DNA from: a virus
Lineage: Duplodnaviria; Caudoviricetes
IMG/VR virus record: IMGVR_UViG_3300049042_000236
Location: 1-25,034 of that record
Strand: one strand, 5' to 3'
DNA length: 25,034 nucleotides
The position numbers were made by a program, and so were the translations under genes. The first letter of the stretch is position 1. Each line of letters opens with the position of its first letter. Under the pieces are notes generated by a model. It did not search any database. It was given only the letters and a program-made list of their open reading frames with translations, and was not told the DNA's origin. Of this stretch, positions 16,113 to 23,474 are shown one piece after another.

Positions 16113-18148
16113 GGTTCTGGGATGTAGGTGTAGGTTTTGTAGGCGAGTCCGGACTGGCCGGGCTCTTTGACTGACAGATGGTTTTTGAATCCGGTCCAGT
16201 AGCCTTTGGCGACGTCGGCGCTGAGTCCGTATCGTTTCGTCATGGCCTTGATCATGTCGACGTAGGAGTGCCACTCCCCGCAGAGCGAATCGAGATACTC
16301 GTCCTGGTTCCAGTCGCGCTTGTCGCGCTTGAGCACGACCTTGACCTTGTTCTTTTCGTCCTCCTTCGGCGGTGGCGGAGCGCACGCGGTCCAAGTCTGC
16401 ATGCCATGCTTGCCGCGCTCGACCCAGATCGAGTCGGAGACGTTGCCCTCATGGTCGACAGCCTCGGCCCGCGATCCGCGTTTCAGGAACCGCAGCCGAT
16501 ACGTTCCCTCTGATGGTGCCTCGAGGTAGACGACGGCACGCGCCCAGTTGACCAGCTCGCTCGAGCCTGCGGCCAGGTACTGCAGATCCGTGGAAGTCCT
16601 GGAGTCGTTCTGCGATGGCTTGCGGACGTGGTGGACGACCATCAGCACGACGCCGGTGCTCTCCAGGAGCGGGCCTAGCCAGTTGCGTAGGAACTCGGAC
16701 GCAACGCGTTGGTCTCCGATGTCGTCCCCGATGTAGGACAGCAGCGGATCGATCCAGACAATGCCGGGCTTGTGCTGGTCGATGAGCGACTGGAGTCGTT
16801 CGACGAACCGTTTGCCGGTGTGCACGGTCTCGCGGATGAAGACCATGTTTTCCTGAAGCTGCTTGGCGATCGCCGGATCCTTTGGAAGGTGCCCGAGTGC
16901 GGCGCCGCGGAACTGTTCGGACAGGTCTCCAATGTCGTTCTCGGCCTGGATGATCAGAGTCTTGAGGGCTGCGTTGGGCTTGATGCCGAACGGCGACAGG
17001 CCGGCCGCCCACCCGACTGCAAGCTGCATGGTCAGGGTCGACTTGCCGATGCCAGAGGCGCCGACGATGAGGCAGGCGTGGCCCTTGCAGAGCCACCGTC
17101 GACCGAGCACCTGGTTGGGGTCGTTGGTGGGATCGAATTCGAGCAGATCCTTCACCCGGTAGAGCGTCGTGCCGATGTCGGCCTGGCGGGCCTTCCACTC
17201 GGACCAGGACTTTGCTCCGACGTTGATACCCAGAAGCGACTGCACCTTGTCGCCTCGCTTCATCCCCGCCAACCGAGCCAGACGGGACGGGTTCTTGTTC
17301 TTCTGATCCGGTCCGTAGCCCTCGAGCGCCTTCAGGAGCTCTGCGACTCGAGAGGAGTATTCGATGCGATCCTTGGCGTCGACCTTGACCCATGCGTGGA
17401 CCGATTTGCCGCCGCTGTACACGACCGCCGTCGCTGGAATACGGCTCTCGTTGATGACGTGCCACTGCTCCTCGAGGCTGATGCCGTCGAACTCCAGGAG
17501 CGCGTGCCGGTAAGCCGTGACGTCGCCGTCCGAAGCGCCCCCGACCTTCATCGGATTGACGCGGATGTAGGCTCCGGGGTTGCCGTCGGCGGACCAGATC
17601 CTATTGGGGTCACCGCCGCGGGCGTCGAGTTTGGCGATCCATTCCTCGCGTGAGAGGACGAGACCGGAGCCGGCTGGAATGCATCGGCCGTCCTCGGTGA
17701 ACGTGGCCTCTGTGATGCCGATGCCTTCGCCCTTCTCGAAGCAGGCCAGGAGGAGTTTGCGGCAGCCGTCCTCGATCGGCTCCGGAAGAGCCGGCTTTGG
17801 ATCCGTTGAATCGGGCGCCGAGGAGGGCTTCAGCACGACCCTGGTGATGGGGCCGGGGATCTCGTAGCGAGGGGGCGTCTCGCTCTTGAGTCGGTGGCCT
17901 CGAGGTTTGTCGTATTCGGATGCCCTGGCCATGGCGTCCTCAAGTTTGTGATTCAGATCCCTCGCGTTCCACGGCGGATCGCATCTGGCGTTCCAGTCTC
18001 TGAGGAGTCCGAGGACTTGGTTTGCGCCCAGGTCGAATCCATGGAGGAGTTCGCTGACGACGTGGTAGGTGTGACCGTGACCGTTGTTCCCTGATACTGC
18101 TCCAGGTACGGCATCAAGCCACAGGCGTGCGCGTTCGAGTGTGTCCAT
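16109..18148 (-). CDS. Primase-helicase: N-terminal PriCT-like domain, RepB'-like (AEP) primase, RecA-type AAA_25 helicase (679 aa)
   Basis: WNARCDPPW (PriCT-like); ALLEFD, VYSGGKSVHAWV and KNPSRLARLAG (primase); IVGASGIGKST, IIQAEN, VWIDPL, VVHHVRKP and GSSELVNWAR (RSF1010 RepA-like helicase). Confidence 0.88.
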   Translation of the reverse strand: MDTLERARLWLDAVPGAVSGNNGHGHTYHVVSELLHGFDLGANQVLGLLRDWNARCDPPWNARDLNHKLEDAMARASEYDKPRGHRLKSETPPRYEIPGPITRVVLKPSSAPDSTDPKPALPEPIEDGCRKLLLACFEKGEGIGITEATFTEDGRCIPAGSGLVLSREEWIAKLDARGGDPNRIWSADGNPGAYIRVNPMKVGGASDGDVTAYRHALLEFDGISLEEQWHVINESRIPATAVVYSGGKSVHAWVKVDAKDRIEYSSRVAELLKALEGYGPDQKNKNPSRLARLAGMKRGDKVQSLLGINVGAKSWSEWKARQADIGTTLYRVKDLLEFDPTNDPNQVLGRRWLCKGHACLIVGASGIGKSTLTMQLAVGWAAGLSPFGIKPNAALKTLIIQAENDIGDLSEQFRGAALGHLPKDPAIAKQLQENMVFIRETVHTGKRFVERLQSLIDQHKPGIVWIDPLLSYIGDDIGDQRVASEFLRNWLGPLLESTGVVLMVVHHVRKPSQNDSRTSTDLQYLAAGSSELVNWARAVVYLEAPSEGTYRLRFLKRGSRAEAVDHEGNVSDSIWVERGKHGMQTWTACAPPPPKEDEKNKVKVVLKRDKRDWNQDEYLDSLCGEWHSYVDMIKAMTKRYGLSADVAKGYWTGFKNHLSVKEPGQSGLAYKTYTYIPEP

Positions 18149-18158
18149 TGTGTGTGGT

Positions 18159-18191
18159 GGTTATGTGCTGGTTATGTGCAGGTTATGTGCA
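18159..18191. repeat. Three tandem 11-bp repeats GGTTATGTGC(T/A) just upstream of the primase start
   Basis: GGTTATGTGC at 18159, 18170 and 18181. Confidence 0.9.
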
Positions 18192-18252
18192 GAAAGAAAA
18201 CCGCCGGACCCCCGTTACATCCACGCTCAGGAGGGGGATGGAAGGTCCGGCG
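18191..18252 (-). terminator. Long hairpin with U-rich tail (terminator or attenuator) upstream of primase
   Basis: CGCCGGACC (18202-18210) pairs with GGTCCGGCG (18244-18252), with inner CATCC/GGATG; followed on the minus strand by GTTTTCTTTCT. Confidence 0.55.
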
Positions 18253-18284
18253 TTCACGGCCACTCAGCCGCTAAAGTGTGCTGG

Positions 18285-18449
18285 CTATCGCTTGAGGGAC
18301 GACTCGATCTGAGCGTCGGTCAGCCTGAACTTAGCCGGCCGGATCCAACCGCGGCGAATGGCGTCGGCGACGATTCGCGGGGCTTCCTCGAGCAGCTTTC
18401 TGATTTCGGCGTCAGTCTGCTCCTGGAGCGGCTTTTGTGTCGGCTTCAT
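18285..18449 (-). CDS. Hypothetical protein (54 aa)
   Basis: Below the track cutoff; translated manually: MKPTQKPLQEQTDAEIRKLLEEAPRIVADAIRRGWIRPAKFRLTDAQIESSLKR*. Confidence 0.6.
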   Translation of the reverse strand: MKPTQKPLQEQTDAEIRKLLEEAPRIVADAIRRGWIRPAKFRLTDAQIESSLKR

Positions 18450-18588
18450 ATCTTATTCTCCACTGCTCTGCTTCGTTCATCGCAATGGTCACGACCTCAT
18501 TGGGAGGTGTGTCCATGTCCTCGACCATGATCCCGATCCGCTCTTGGATCCGGTACTGCATCTCCGCTCTGATTTGAGCCTCTGTCAT
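18412..18588 (-). CDS. Hypothetical protein (58 aa, MTEAQIRAEMQYRIQERIGIM...)
   Basis: 3' part of track ORF 18412..18765; helical protein-like sequence from the internal ATG at 18588. Confidence 0.6.
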   Translation of the reverse strand: MTEAQIRAEMQYRIQERIGIMVEDMDTPPNEVVTIAMNEAEQWRIRYEADTKAAPGAD

Positions 18589-18784
18589 CGAACCATCTCC
18601 CGAGTTCATCGCGTAGGTTGTTGATTTCGGTCTCCATGCATCCCTTGGAACGCATCCACTGGGGGATGAACTTCTGGTTGAACGACGATCCGCATGAGAA
18701 CTGGTCGATGTCGTTCTGTGCCCTGTTCCATACTGCGCCACAGTGAATGCATCGCTGTCGGTCACTGGTCAAAGGGGTCGTCAT
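18497..18784 (-). CDS. Cys-rich putative Zn-binding protein (95 aa), related to 19172..19414
   Basis: CIHC...FSCG...QWMRSKGC pattern is shared with CPHC...WSCG...QWRTKEC. SD-like GGGGGA upstream. Confidence 0.6.
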   Translation of the reverse strand: MTTPLTSDRQRCIHCGAVWNRAQNDIDQFSCGSSFNQKFIPQWMRSKGCMETEINNLRDELGRWFDDRGSNQSGDAVPDPRADRDHGRGHGHTSQ

Positions 18785-19175
18785 GTGGTCCCCCGAATAT
18801 CAGGTCGTGATGTTTTTTGAGTCTGACCGAGATGGTGATCGCATGCGCGTCGTCCTCGCAAAACGTTTCGATGTCATTCACCAGCCTGAACACTGCACTC
18901 ATTCGGAGGGTGTTGAATGTCCCCAGCTTCGAGAGCAGTTCTCGTTTGATTTCCTCGGCCACCTTGTGACAGGTCGAACAGTAGACGTGAAGGTGAGCAT
19001 CATCGGCCTCCCACGGCTCTTTGCCTTTTGCGTAGTAGCCATGGTGTATATGAAGCTGCTGCTCTTCGCTTTTGCAATGTGAGCACCGGAATCCGGCTGC
19101 CTCAAACGCCTCTAGGCGGCGCTTCTGCCACTTCGGGTGCTGGAGTTTCTGAATGTACGGCACGGTGTCGTTCAC
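18762..19175 (-). CDS. HNH endonuclease-like protein (137 aa)
   Basis: KLQHPKWQKRRLEAFEAAGFRCSHC....LHIHHGYY...EPWE....LHVYCSTCH. The GTG start lies in the linker repeat. Confidence 0.8.
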   Translation of the reverse strand: MNDTVPYIQKLQHPKWQKRRLEAFEAAGFRCSHCKSEEQQLHIHHGYYAKGKEPWEADDAHLHVYCSTCHKVAEEIKRELLSKLGTFNTLRMSAVFRLVNDIETFCEDDAHAITISVRLKKHHDLIFGGPHDDPFDQ

Positions 19176-19414
19176 GGCTTGGCCTCCTTGGCTTTGCGCC
19201 AGTTCTCAAACGTGTACTCGCACGGTTCTTCCATCATCCCATCCCCAGCCTCCTCCAGCCGCTTGATGCGTTCACTGGCTAATTCAAGATTCCGCTTGTA
19301 GCATTCCTTAGTCCTCCACTGCGGATCGTTGAATCGCACGCCGCAGGACCAAGTGGAGTCTTTAAGAACCGGATCATGTCCGGATCTGCAATGTGGGCAG
19401 AATGAGTTATTCAT
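19172..19414 (-). CDS. Array mini-gene: Cys-rich N-terminus plus shared C-terminal module (80 aa)
   Basis: MNNSFCPHC...ERIKRLEEAGDGM...NWRKAKEAKP. ATG at 19414 lies within the linker after AAGGAGG. Confidence 0.75.
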   Translation of the reverse strand: MNNSFCPHCRSGHDPVLKDSTWSCGVRFNDPQWRTKECYKRNLELASERIKRLEEAGDGMMEEPCEYTFENWRKAKEAKP

Positions 19415-19620
19415 GGCTTGGCCTCCTTGGCTCGTTGCCAGTCCATGTAAGTGAATGGATCGCAGCATCTTACAAGAGCGTCGCCGGATCGCTTTAGCTC
19501 CTTGATCTGCTCCTCCAACCGCTTGATGCGTTGCCTCAGACTTAGGTTTTCCTCATCGAGCTTTGGCAACTCCGGCGCACGCTGAATTGATAGTCGAGTT
19601 TGCGGGTCGAACATGTTCAT
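19411..19620 (-). CDS. Array mini-gene, coiled coil plus shared C-terminal module (69 aa)
   Basis: ...QRIKRLEEQIKELKRSGDAL..CDPFTYMDWQRAKEAKP; ATGA overlaps at both ends. Confidence 0.75.
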   Translation of the reverse strand: MNMFDPQTRLSIQRAPELPKLDEENLSLRQRIKRLEEQIKELKRSGDALVRCCDPFTYMDWQRAKEAKP

Positions 19621-19814
19621 GGGGCTTCGATGGCAGCAATGACCTTCGCGCAGAATGTGTCCATCCAGTCACGGAGGTTCGGTAATACAAGGGTTTCAGA
19701 TCTGCGCCGGTTCATTTGGCCTGGTGCAGTGTTGTCATAATATTGCTGTCCGCGGATCGCGTCGCTGTGTTGTTGGGCTTCATCCGGAAGCTGAAACGTC
19801 AGTGTTGCTGTCAT
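19617..19814 (-). CDS. Array mini-gene, hypothetical (65 aa, MTATLTFQLPDE...)
   Basis: ATGA overlaps at both ends. The N-terminus resembles a common small phage protein pattern (ATLxFxLPE). Confidence 0.7.
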   Translation of the reverse strand: MTATLTFQLPDEAQQHSDAIRGQQYYDNTAPGQMNRRRSETLVLPNLRDWMDTFCAKVIAAIEAP

Positions 19815-20056
19815 GGCTTAAAGCGCGAAATCCTTCGGAAGTCTTGTTGTGAATCTGATTCAAAACCCAATTGCTTGATTGTGTTGTGCATGCGCCATCC
19901 CACTTGTTCAAGTCTGTGTATTTCTCTCAGCAAATCGTTCAGTTCCCGAATTATCACATGCGGGTTTGTATCGGAAATTACTCGCCCATTTGGTGTTTTT
20001 ATGAAGAACCCATTCCTAGGACCACAGTTTGGAATCTTTTTGTGCTTGTACTTCAT
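19811..20056 (-). CDS. Array mini-gene, hypothetical, AT-richer (81 aa)
   Basis: Start lies in the linker after AAGGAGG; ends FKP with an ATGA overlap. Confidence 0.7.
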   Translation of the reverse strand: MKYKHKKIPNCGPRNGFFIKTPNGRVISDTNPHVIIRELNDLLREIHRLEQVGWRMHNTIKQLGFESDSQQDFRRISRFKP

Positions 20057-20265
20057 GGCTTGGCCTCCTTGGCTCGCTGCCAGTCGATGAAGGTAAACGG
20101 ATTATGGTCGTGCGCCATCGCATCCCCCGCCTCCTCCAACTGCTTGATCCGCTCGTTGGCTGCGTTGAGTTCGCGTTCGAGTTTCATGCCTTCAGTCAAA
20201 ATCCCAGCGTCCACAATGCCCCAAGCGTGTCCTGCTGCAGATTCCATTCTAGGCGTGTCACTCAT
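20053..20265 (-). CDS. Array mini-gene MSDTPR...AKEAKP (70 aa)
   Basis: MSDTPR...LERELNAANERIKQLEEAGDAM..HNPFTFIDWQRAKEAKP; ATG 20265 in the linker. Confidence 0.75.
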   Translation of the reverse strand: MSDTPRMESAAGHAWGIVDAGILTEGMKLERELNAANERIKQLEEAGDAMAHDHNPFTFIDWQRAKEAKP

Positions 20266-20462
20266 GGCTTGGCCTTTTTGGCTTTGCGCCATTCGTCATC
20301 TGCATGGTCGCGAATTGATTCCAGAGCTTCCTTGAGCTGATTGATACGCTCATTCGCTGCGTTGAGTTCGCATTCGAGTTCTCTTGCTAGACCGGAGTCT
20401 ACAATACCTCTGTCGCCGTCGATAAAATACTCCTGTTCGTCAGTCCTAGGTGTGTCATTCAC
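20262..20462 (-). CDS. Array mini-gene MNDTPRTD...AKKAKP (66 aa)
   Basis: GTG 20462 in the linker; ARELECELNAANERINQLKEA...EWRKAKKAKP. Confidence 0.75.
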   Translation of the reverse strand: MNDTPRTDEQEYFIDGDRGIVDSGLARELECELNAANERINQLKEALESIRDHADDEWRKAKKAKP

Positions 20463-20641
20463 GGCTTGGCCTCCTTGGCTCGCTCGAACTTGGCGCAGAA
20501 CTCCTCCCACTTGCGGACGTAGAGACTGCTGCCGCGGTAATACACAACGACGCGATGCTTCACCTCGCCGATGCGGAGTTCGGCGTTTGAGTCGAACACA
20601 TCGACCACCTTCTCAGGACTGCCTTTGATGTTCCACTTCAT
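20459..20641 (-). CDS. Array mini-gene, DUF1653-like (60 aa), ending in AKEAKP
   Basis: VVVYYRGSSLYVRKWEEFCAKF resembles the DUF1653 VVY...xVR..xF motif. ATGA overlap with the resolvase stop, preceded by AAGGGGG. Confidence 0.7.
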   Translation of the reverse strand: MKWNIKGSPEKVVDVFDSNAELRIGEVKHRVVVYYRGSSLYVRKWEEFCAKFERAKEAKP

Positions 20642-21117
20642 CGACCGCCCCCTTGTCCGTAGTGCGCGATCAGCAACGCGTCTGCAGTCTTGAGTGTGAT
20701 GCCTTCGACTCGGGGGTATAGCTCCTCAGCCTTGGCCTTGAGTTTCCGTTTCCACTCGTTCTGATTCTCGCAGCTCTTGCGGCCACCGAGACCCAGCGGT
20801 GCCTGCCAGACGGTCGGGGCGACGCGGTGCAGCGAATAGCCGATGGCGAATGCGATCCCCTCGATGCGGCCGACGTTCTGGAATAGGACGCTGGTGCTGC
20901 TCGATGGAATGTTTTTGCCGGCGAACCTAGGCACCTCTTCGATCCACATCGAGGCGTCCTTGAACCGGATTGAGGTCAGCAACTTGTAGATGTCGGGCAG
21001 GCTCTCAGGCATTGGATAGAGAGCGATTTCTCCGGCCGGATCGATGCAGCAGATACCGCCGCTGGCTCCGGGGTCGACGGCGACCAAATTGAAAAGCTGT
21101 GGCATGACGTGGTACAT
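20638..21117 (-). CDS. RuvC-like Holliday junction resolvase (159 aa)
   Basis: VAVDPGASGG, WIEEV, VAPTVWQ and TADALLIA acidic catalytic motifs of phage RuvC-like proteins. Confidence 0.85.
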   Translation of the reverse strand: MYHVMPQLFNLVAVDPGASGGICCIDPAGEIALYPMPESLPDIYKLLTSIRFKDASMWIEEVPRFAGKNIPSSSTSVLFQNVGRIEGIAFAIGYSLHRVAPTVWQAPLGLGGRKSCENQNEWKRKLKAKAEELYPRVEGITLKTADALLIAHYGQGGGR

Positions 21118-21203
21118 GAAAGTGGGGAGTTCTACGCGCTTCCTCCCCTGGGTTTTAACCTAACCAGAGCTACACAGGGCTCCGACGCAATCCCAAGTCG
21201 TTG

Positions 21204-21611
21204 TTACTCCGAGTCGGCGAGGAAGTCTTCAATTTTCCCAGCCTTGAACGAAGCGATCCGATTGATGAGCCGCTTCCCGCCGTCCTTATTTTCGACTTCG
21301 TCCTTCGTGATCGTGACGATGCAGGACATACCGATGACGTTTTCGGCGTTGAGCTCGACCTTACCGCCCGGCTTTCCAAGCCCGCAGGCGTGGACGAATC
21401 GTTGCAGCTTCCAGTCCAGGCTCTCGGCCCAGATCAGACCGTCCTTGATGGTGTTTCGACCGTCGACTCGCCAATAAAGGTCCAGCTTGTCGGCGCCGTT
21501 GTGTTTGCCTCCCTGCTGGAGTCCGAGGGTGGCTTTGGTGACGACTGCCGGGTAGTCCCCGGGTTCGAGGGTTACGTTGTCCTCGATCGCTTTGATGATG
21601 ACGCTAGGCAT
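21204..21611 (-). CDS. DUF669-like single-stranded DNA-binding protein (135 aa)
   Basis: ATG 21611; LEPGDYPAVVTKA, WKLQRFVHACG, IGMSCIVTI, NRIASF; acidic tail EDFLADSE. Lies in the recombination module. Confidence 0.7.
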   Translation of the reverse strand: MPSVIIKAIEDNVTLEPGDYPAVVTKATLGLQQGGKHNGADKLDLYWRVDGRNTIKDGLIWAESLDWKLQRFVHACGLGKPGGKVELNAENVIGMSCIVTITKDEVENKDGGKRLINRIASFKAGKIEDFLADSE

Positions 21612-21615
21612 ATGA

Positions 21616-22623
21616 CTATTTGTTTCTGGAAAGGTACTTGGTTGCGGGTTTGGTTTCGACCAGGCCCATGAGGCGGTCGTTGACTGCATCGTTGGCTTGT
21701 TTGCGGGTCATTCCGGTCTTGGCCATGGCGTCGACCAGCTTGGTGACGCTGACCTTGCAGGCGGCCAGGAAAACCTCTTGCGGTAGGCCAATGCGCTCGA
21801 ACGCGTGGTTGATGAGGGACGGGTCGATCTCGCGGGCACCAGACCGCTCCTTGAGCGTGTAGCCCGGGATTTGGAACCCTTGTATGGCGAGCTGACGCGC
21901 CTTGTCCTGGACCGCATCGGCCCACTCTGATGCGACGTGTGCGAGGTTCAGCGCCTTGGCAACGTTGTCGAGAGTGGCGAGGTGGAACTCTTCGAGACGC
22001 ACCACTTCGAGCGAATCTGCCACCTTGTTGACGTGCCCGACGATGACGGGACAGGTCGCCTGGTGTTTGCACCAGCGGCAGTAGTCGCTGGTCTGACACG
22101 GCGTATTCGGGTTCGCGACCGCATCGAGGATGGGCCAGACGATGGCCTCGGCTTCGGCCTGGGTGAGGTTGTACCTCTGCACCCGACGCGTCTCACCGAA
22201 CAGGATGTGGACGGTGATCGACTCGAGGCTGCTCTGCTGCATGACGCCCAGAGCGTAGGCTGCCATCTGCGGCCCGTACTCGCGCTCCGACCACTTCAGG
22301 TCGAAGAGATGAGCGCCAGCCACAGCGTCAGCAGTCCCGCGGAGCACAACAATGCCGCCACGACGAATCTCGAGTGGTGTCTCGGTCCGGATCTCGGCAG
22401 GCGCCGGAGGGGCGTTGAGCTTGATGTAGTCCGCGGCCCACTGAACCGCTTCCTTCTCATGGTCTGGTAGGAGCTCGAAGACCTCGCGCCTGCCGTGCAG
22501 CAATTCCTCGAGCGCCGTGTGCCGATCGTTGCCGGCCTCTGTGACCGCGCTCGGTCCGGATGACTCCCACCGCGGGGACTTAGCCTGCGCCGGTAGGGAT
22601 GAGGGTCGTGTGACAAAGGTCAT
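21616..22623 (-). CDS. DUF2800-like PD-(D/E)XK (Cas4/RecB-like) exonuclease (335 aa)
   Basis: RPSS, GNDRH, GTADAV, FDLKW, QMAAYALG, YCRWC.....CP. Confidence 0.82.
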   Translation of the reverse strand: MTFVTRPSSLPAQAKSPRWESSGPSAVTEAGNDRHTALEELLHGRREVFELLPDHEKEAVQWAADYIKLNAPPAPAEIRTETPLEIRRGGIVVLRGTADAVAGAHLFDLKWSEREYGPQMAAYALGVMQQSSLESITVHILFGETRRVQRYNLTQAEAEAIVWPILDAVANPNTPCQTSDYCRWCKHQATCPVIVGHVNKVADSLEVVRLEEFHLATLDNVAKALNLAHVASEWADAVQDKARQLAIQGFQIPGYTLKERSGAREIDPSLINHAFERIGLPQEVFLAACKVSVTKLVDAMAKTGMTRKQANDAVNDRLMGLVETKPATKYLSRNK

Positions 22624-23474
22624 TCGGCTGTGGGTTCGATTTGGTACGACTTCACGGCAGCCAGGAACGCCTCGGGCTTTGCCAGAATCTTCGCGGACCG
22701 GGCTTCCGAGAGCATGCTCAGATTGCCGTCGGCCGGGATCCAGTTCTTCGACTGGAGGAACGCCCGGCCAGCGTGTAGAAGATCCGCATCGGTCAGCAGC
22801 TTGAAGATCTGCTTCTGAGGCGTCAGCCCGTCCTCCTCGGCAGGAACGACCTCAGCCTCGGCGACGTTGACCTCGACTGCGACCGGAGCAGGAGCAGGCG
22901 CTGTTGTGGAAGACGTCGTCACTCCGACGGCGACGCTGGCCGGGGCTGGACGCTGAATGTCTTCCAGCTCCTCTGGCGTGTAGGTGCCGGTGCAGACCTC
23001 GGGGGCGAGCATGCGGACCGCTTTGCTGATGAGACGAGCCCTCATCATCTCGGCCGGGAACTTGGCCCAGCCACTTCCACCGCGTGCGGGGAGGAACCCG
23101 GCGCGTTTGGCGTCCTCGGCTGTGTAGGCCAACTCGACGTCGTTCCCGTCGTAGGTCCAACGGGCTTTGGCGCCGAGATCGTCGAACTGGAGCCAACGAA
23201 CTTTGCCCCCGCGCTCACGATAGAGCGCGAGCATTGCATCAGCCCGGAGGCTGAGTTTGCCGCCGATGATGTGGTAGTGCTTCGCCAGCTCGAGCGGCGC
23301 CTTGCGCTCGACGAGGCACTGCATCGCCAGGATGGCGCCCTGCTCAACGCGTTCGCATCCGAACATGCCGCTCTTGGCAATCCACTCGCCCAGCGTGGTC
23401 GCGGCAGTCATGGGGTCTTGTACCTTGTCGTAGGTCGAAACGGTGGCCAGCGCCACGGTCGTGTTCTGTGTCAT
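22620..23474 (-). CDS. RecT/Red-beta-like single-strand annealing protein (284 aa)
   Basis: YHIIGGKLSLRADAM, YTAEDAKRAG, WAKFPAEMMRARLISKAVRMLAPEV.TGTYTPEEL; adjacent to the exonuclease. Confidence 0.78.
   Translation of the reverse strand: MTQNTTVALATVSTYDKVQDPMTAATTLGEWIAKSGMFGCERVEQGAILAMQCLVERKAPLELAKHYHIIGGKLSLRADAMLALYRERGGKVRWLQFDDLGAKARWTYDGNDVELAYTAEDAKRAGFLPARGGSGWAKFPAEMMRARLISKAVRMLAPEVCTGTYTPEELEDIQRPAPASVAVGVTTSSTTAPAPAPVAVEVNVAEAEVVPAEEDGLTPQKQIFKLLTDADLLHAGRAFLQSKNWIPADGNLSMLSEARSAKILAKPEAFLAAVKSYQIEPTAE

Larger units (their letters stand above)
19172..20480 (-). repeat. Five copies of a 22-bp gene-junction linker AGCCAAGGAGGCCAAGCC(A/G)TGA
   Basis: Plus-strand TCA(T/C)GGCTTGGCCTCCTTGGCT at 19172, 19411, 20053, 20262 (CC>TT variant) and 20459. 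Partial AAGCC(CC)ATGA junctions at 19617 and 19811. Confidence 0.95.

Noticed and set aside
16449-17653. 338-aa (-) and 314-aa (+) ORFs overlapping the primase-helicase
   Set aside because: Alternative-frame and antisense shadows of a GC-rich gene; Arg-rich with no motifs.
19172-20480. Repeats with unique intervening sequence resembling a CRISPR array, with a Cas4-like nuclease nearby
   Set aside because: Intervals are about 200-640 bp and are intact ORFs, and the repeats are coding. The nuclease is a DUF2800-type phage exonuclease and no cas1/cas2 is present.
19172-20641. Integron cassette array
   Set aside because: No attC-like palindromes or intergenic space, and no tyrosine recombinase in the window.
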